Assembly: GCA_048938105.1 (NCBI GenBank)
Contig: JBHLMN010000019.1
Span: forward strand, 32,001-96,000
Direction: 5' to 3'
Length of the DNA: 64,000 nucleotides
From: Promethearchaeota archaeon
GTDB lineage: Archaea > Asgardarchaeota > Heimdallarchaeia > Hodarchaeales > Hodarchaeaceae
How positions within the stretch are numbered: position 1 is the first letter of the stretch; each line of letters starts with the position of its first letter. This document shows, piece by piece, positions 61,075-64,000 of this stretch. A program made the position numbers and the translations under genes. The notes under the pieces are model-generated. The model did no database searches and was not told the origin of the DNA. It saw nothing but the letters and a program-made list of their open reading frames with translations.

Positions 61075-63975
61075 TTAGGTTAACTGAATTCGTGACTGAC
61101 ATGTAACGCAAGTATCGTGAGTGTCCAACCATTCCCGAAGATGATGATCGTGATAAGCTTGGTTACAGATCGGACATCTCAAAATGACTTTACTTTCAAC
61201 AGATTCTTGGCATAGAATGCAAACATTATGTTTCACTGTCAGCGTGAATTCCTGATTAATATCTTCAGGAGCTAACGCTTGGTATGAAATATCTACCTCA
61301 ATACTTGGCTCTGGTGTTAGTCCCTCCTCCTCTTCCATATCGATTCTCGGAGAATCAAGGCGCACAAGAGAATGATTTTGTTCAATAAAGGTGTACAGAT
61401 CCTGGAATAACGAAATAGATTGCTTTGTTGGATTATTTCCTATAATAATTAATTTCTTTTTTGCCCTAGTTAAAGCAACATTGAGTCGTCTTTCATCCTC
61501 TAAGATATGAGGTCGTGAAAGGGTACAAAGTGATAGGATGATTAGTTCTTTATCTGATCCCTGAAACCTATCAATAGTATCAACAATAATTCCTGAATCT
61601 ATACCAATTTTGCGTATAATCTCAGCCACTTGTCCTCTAAAGGGAGCAATAATCCCAATATGATCTGTATGGATTCCCATTTTCAGGTAATATTTCACTA
61701 TAGAATCTATAATTTCGACTTCTCTCTGATTTACTCTTCGTTTTCGATCAAAATCTGAGGGTGCCTCTACATAAACTAGGGGTTGATTAGGATCCAAAAT
61801 CACATGAAAAAGTGGATCAGAAACAGGAATTTGTGCATTATCAGGTAAAAGATTCCAAAGTAACTGAGTGGATATGCTTGTCGATGCTGCTCGAACACGA
61901 TTGCCATAGAAGGAGCGATTACTGAAATCCATCAGATCTGTGTGCATACGATATTGAGACTGTAACATTGTACTTGCTTCTGGATGTAGCTTTCTCAAAC
62001 GTTCAAACAAACTTATCCCAAAACCAAGCTTTTCGGCTTGAGTACTTTGAACTAAGGGGGGCAGTTGCTTATCATCGCCCACTAAAACAAACCGATGGCC
62101 TTTAGTAACTGCTGAAAGAACAAAAGGTTCAGCCATTTGTGATGCTTCATCTATAATCACTGTATCAAAATAGAGGTCATCATAAATGCTGCGACTGATT
62201 GTGCTTGTGGTAGCAGCAATTATAGGGTTTTTCAAAAGTTCAGGATAAGTTAATTCTTTTTGCTGCAAAGATAAGCTGACTACTTCTGGATCAATTACTT
62301 GTTCGACCCCTAGCCTTACAATTTCTTTTAGAGCATCTTCGTTTTTTATGGTTTTAAGATATTCTCGGATGATATTGTCAACTGCTGCATTGGTGTAAGC
62401 TGAGAGAAGTATTCGTTGATTCTCTTTTCGAAGGATTTGAATTAATTTGGCGATTGTAAAGGTTTTCCCTGCCCCTGCAGGGCCTTGAATTAAGCAATAG
62501 TCTTTTGCACTTAATGCTAATTGAATTGCTTTACGTTGACTTTGGTCAAGATCCTCCAATTCAATATGCTTTACTAAAGTAAAAGTTGGTTTTTTTCCGA
62601 GAACGACTAGTTTGTGCGCTTTATGTTGAGTTTTTTGACCAAAAGTTATATCATAAAGGTTTTTGTTTAGTCTTCGGAACATAAAATCAGAGGAATATGC
62701 ATCAAGATAAGCTTGATTAGGTAAATCATTATGACTACTCAAGAGAACCTTGTTTCTTTCAATTGATACGATTGTTGCCATTGTTAAAATGTCAAAAATA
62801 GGATTTCCTTGACTTAATATAATTGGCTCACCAGGTCGTAATTCCGATAGATTATGACAAGCATATAGAAATAGTTCTTCATCGGTTTTAATTAATTTAA
62901 TTTCGCTAATGGCTTTTCCTGTTTTCACTCGTCCTTGGGGAGAGAGTTTCCATAGGGATGAAAAATCGTGCCGATTTTTCAGATATTCTAAGCGAATTAA
63001 GGACAAAAAATGGCTGAAATATTGGTAGGAGGTTGAAGAAGAGGATTTTTGTTGATTAAAGATACTGGAAAGGGAAATACACTGGTCACGGCTGAAACAG
63101 TAAGTACAAAGTTTTATTTTTTTCTCTAGTGGAATAAAACCTTCGAATTGAATCAAGTAACAGTAGTTTCGTGCCATGTGGATCTTTTGTAACAAATCGA
63201 GATTAATAGATGTTTGACGAAATACAGGGGTTCCTTCTCCAGAGTATATTATGGAAGATTTCGGAACTGCTTTAGGTGTGGAACTTAACCCATGCATGTA
63301 GATAACGGTTTGTATAAGATCTGAAAACCAAGTGTTGGTTTCGGGAATTTTACGACCCGTTTTCAACTCATACAATTCTTTAATTGACCAATAGTCTAAT
63401 CGTCCCGTCACACCAAATACGGGAGATAGAAACGTCATTTCGGGGACAACATGATTTGCCTGTAAAGTAGGTGCAGATTGTGCTAATCCTTGTAGAACAG
63501 GGGTGATATCTGCAGCGAGTTCTTTGAGATCAGCGGATACAAATGAAAGCTGAAACGCAAATTTTTCAAATCCTTTTTTAAGGGCTTCCGTGACTGACTT
63601 ATTTTTTGAAACTATTGCAGAGAAGGCATCGTGTATAATGGATCCACGAATCATGGGAAGTGAAGCTTTTGCTTCCCCTGTGATAAATTCAAGGAATGCT
63701 CTACGAGGACACGAGCTAGCACTTGCGATTGTTCGTGCATTAATCAGAATGTCTGGATTTAGAAGGATTAAGGTATCTGGTGTTGTTTCATAATCATTCT
63801 CCTCAACAAAAAACGGGTTAATCAATCGAATAGGCGTCAGATAGGATACTTTAGAGAATGGAAAATAATTCCAAGGTTTGTGGAGTCTCAATTGAATTTT
63901 TTCTTGTCGTAAAGGGTCATATATAATTAATTGGCCATTCTCACAGTCTAAGAGGAGTCCATTCGTCACTTTCAT
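61075..63975 (-). CDS. Dna2-like Fe-S nuclease/SF1 helicase with C-terminal RING finger
   Basis: SCPRR + CTYCFSRDQC Fe-S ligands, GRLD..ELKTG nuclease, QGPAGAGKT, IIDEASQ, VGDDKQLPP, QYRM, TIDRFQG, RRLNVALTRAK; C-terminal CILC...CPIC...H..H..W...CVTC. Confidence 0.9.
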   Translation of the reverse strand: MKVTNGLLLDCENGQLIIYDPLRQEKIQLRLHKPWNYFPFSKVSYLTPIRLINPFFVEENDYETTPDTLILLNPDILINARTIASASSCPRRAFLEFITGEAKASLPMIRGSIIHDAFSAIVSKNKSVTEALKKGFEKFAFQLSFVSADLKELAADITPVLQGLAQSAPTLQANHVVPEMTFLSPVFGVTGRLDYWSIKELYELKTGRKIPETNTWFSDLIQTVIYMHGLSSTPKAVPKSSIIYSGEGTPVFRQTSINLDLLQKIHMARNYCYLIQFEGFIPLEKKIKLCTYCFSRDQCISLSSIFNQQKSSSSTSYQYFSHFLSLIRLEYLKNRHDFSSLWKLSPQGRVKTGKAISEIKLIKTDEELFLYACHNLSELRPGEPIILSQGNPIFDILTMATIVSIERNKVLLSSHNDLPNQAYLDAYSSDFMFRRLNKNLYDITFGQKTQHKAHKLVVLGKKPTFTLVKHIELEDLDQSQRKAIQLALSAKDYCLIQGPAGAGKTFTIAKLIQILRKENQRILLSAYTNAAVDNIIREYLKTIKNEDALKEIVRLGVEQVIDPEVVSLSLQQKELTYPELLKNPIIAATTSTISRSIYDDLYFDTVIIDEASQMAEPFVLSAVTKGHRFVLVGDDKQLPPLVQSTQAEKLGFGISLFERLRKLHPEASTMLQSQYRMHTDLMDFSNRSFYGNRVRAASTSISTQLLWNLLPDNAQIPVSDPLFHVILDPNQPLVYVEAPSDFDRKRRVNQREVEIIDSIVKYYLKMGIHTDHIGIIAPFRGQVAEIIRKIGIDSGIIVDTIDRFQGSDKELIILSLCTLSRPHILEDERRLNVALTRAKKKLIIIGNNPTKQSISLFQDLYTFIEQNHSLVRLDSPRIDMEEEEGLTPEPSIEVDISYQALAPEDINQEFTLTVKHNVCILCQESVESKVILRCPICNQAYHDHHLREWLDTHDTCVTCQSRIQLT

Positions 63976-64000
63976 GTTTTTTTCCCGATTTGAATCCAGA

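Noticed and set aside
324-63793. Numerous 60-150 aa ORFs antisense to or overlapping long genes (e.g. 324-563, 20236-20658, 32052-32510, 49856-50116, 63590-63793)
   Set aside because: They are shadow frames of well-supported genes, with no motifs or independent RBS.
61075-63975. Cas4/CRISPR adaptation interpretation of the Fe-S nuclease domain
   Set aside because: It is fused to a complete SF1 helicase in Dna2 order, and there are no cas genes or array in the window.
1-64000. CRISPR array, tRNA/rRNA, IS element or provirus
   Set aside because: No regularly spaced nucleotide repeats, cloverleaf, terminal inverted repeats, integrase or structural genes were seen by eye; a tRNAscan/Infernal run would be definitive.

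Overview
AT-rich archaeal chromosomal segment, most consistent with an Asgard (Heimdall/Hodarchaeales-like) genome. This assignment is an inference from TFB, PGF-CTERM-type anchors, RING and B-box zinc fingers and the overall gene style. I found no rRNA, tRNA, CRISPR, integrase or transposase. Housekeeping and metabolic genes include gcvPA/PB, SDR, tfb, hflX, PPi-type pfk, mtnP, a copR-chaperone-copA locus, a beta-CASP RNase and trxB. They are interleaved with a dense set of DNA-modification genes: eight DNA amino-methyltransferases with no recognisable restriction nuclease, and two DpdA/TGT-like base-exchange enzymes with a DUF6884/YaaA-like partner. Several of these proteins carry PCNA-interacting (PIP-box)-like tails, which suggests a domesticated, replication-coupled DNA-modification system. 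One MTase is a single-chain pseudo-dimer: a dead copy that keeps the target-recognition domain is fused to an active copy that lost it. Other highlights are a 4446-aa surface protein built of four ~790-aa super-repeats (two novel alpha/beta domains plus a CUB-like domain nested inside an Ig-like domain), a Dna2 nuclease-helicase fused to a RING finger, a Cys/His desulforedoxin-like copper module present both free and fused to CopA, and several genes that appear to start at ATA/ATT/ATC. All family calls come from motif recognition by eye; no searches were run.
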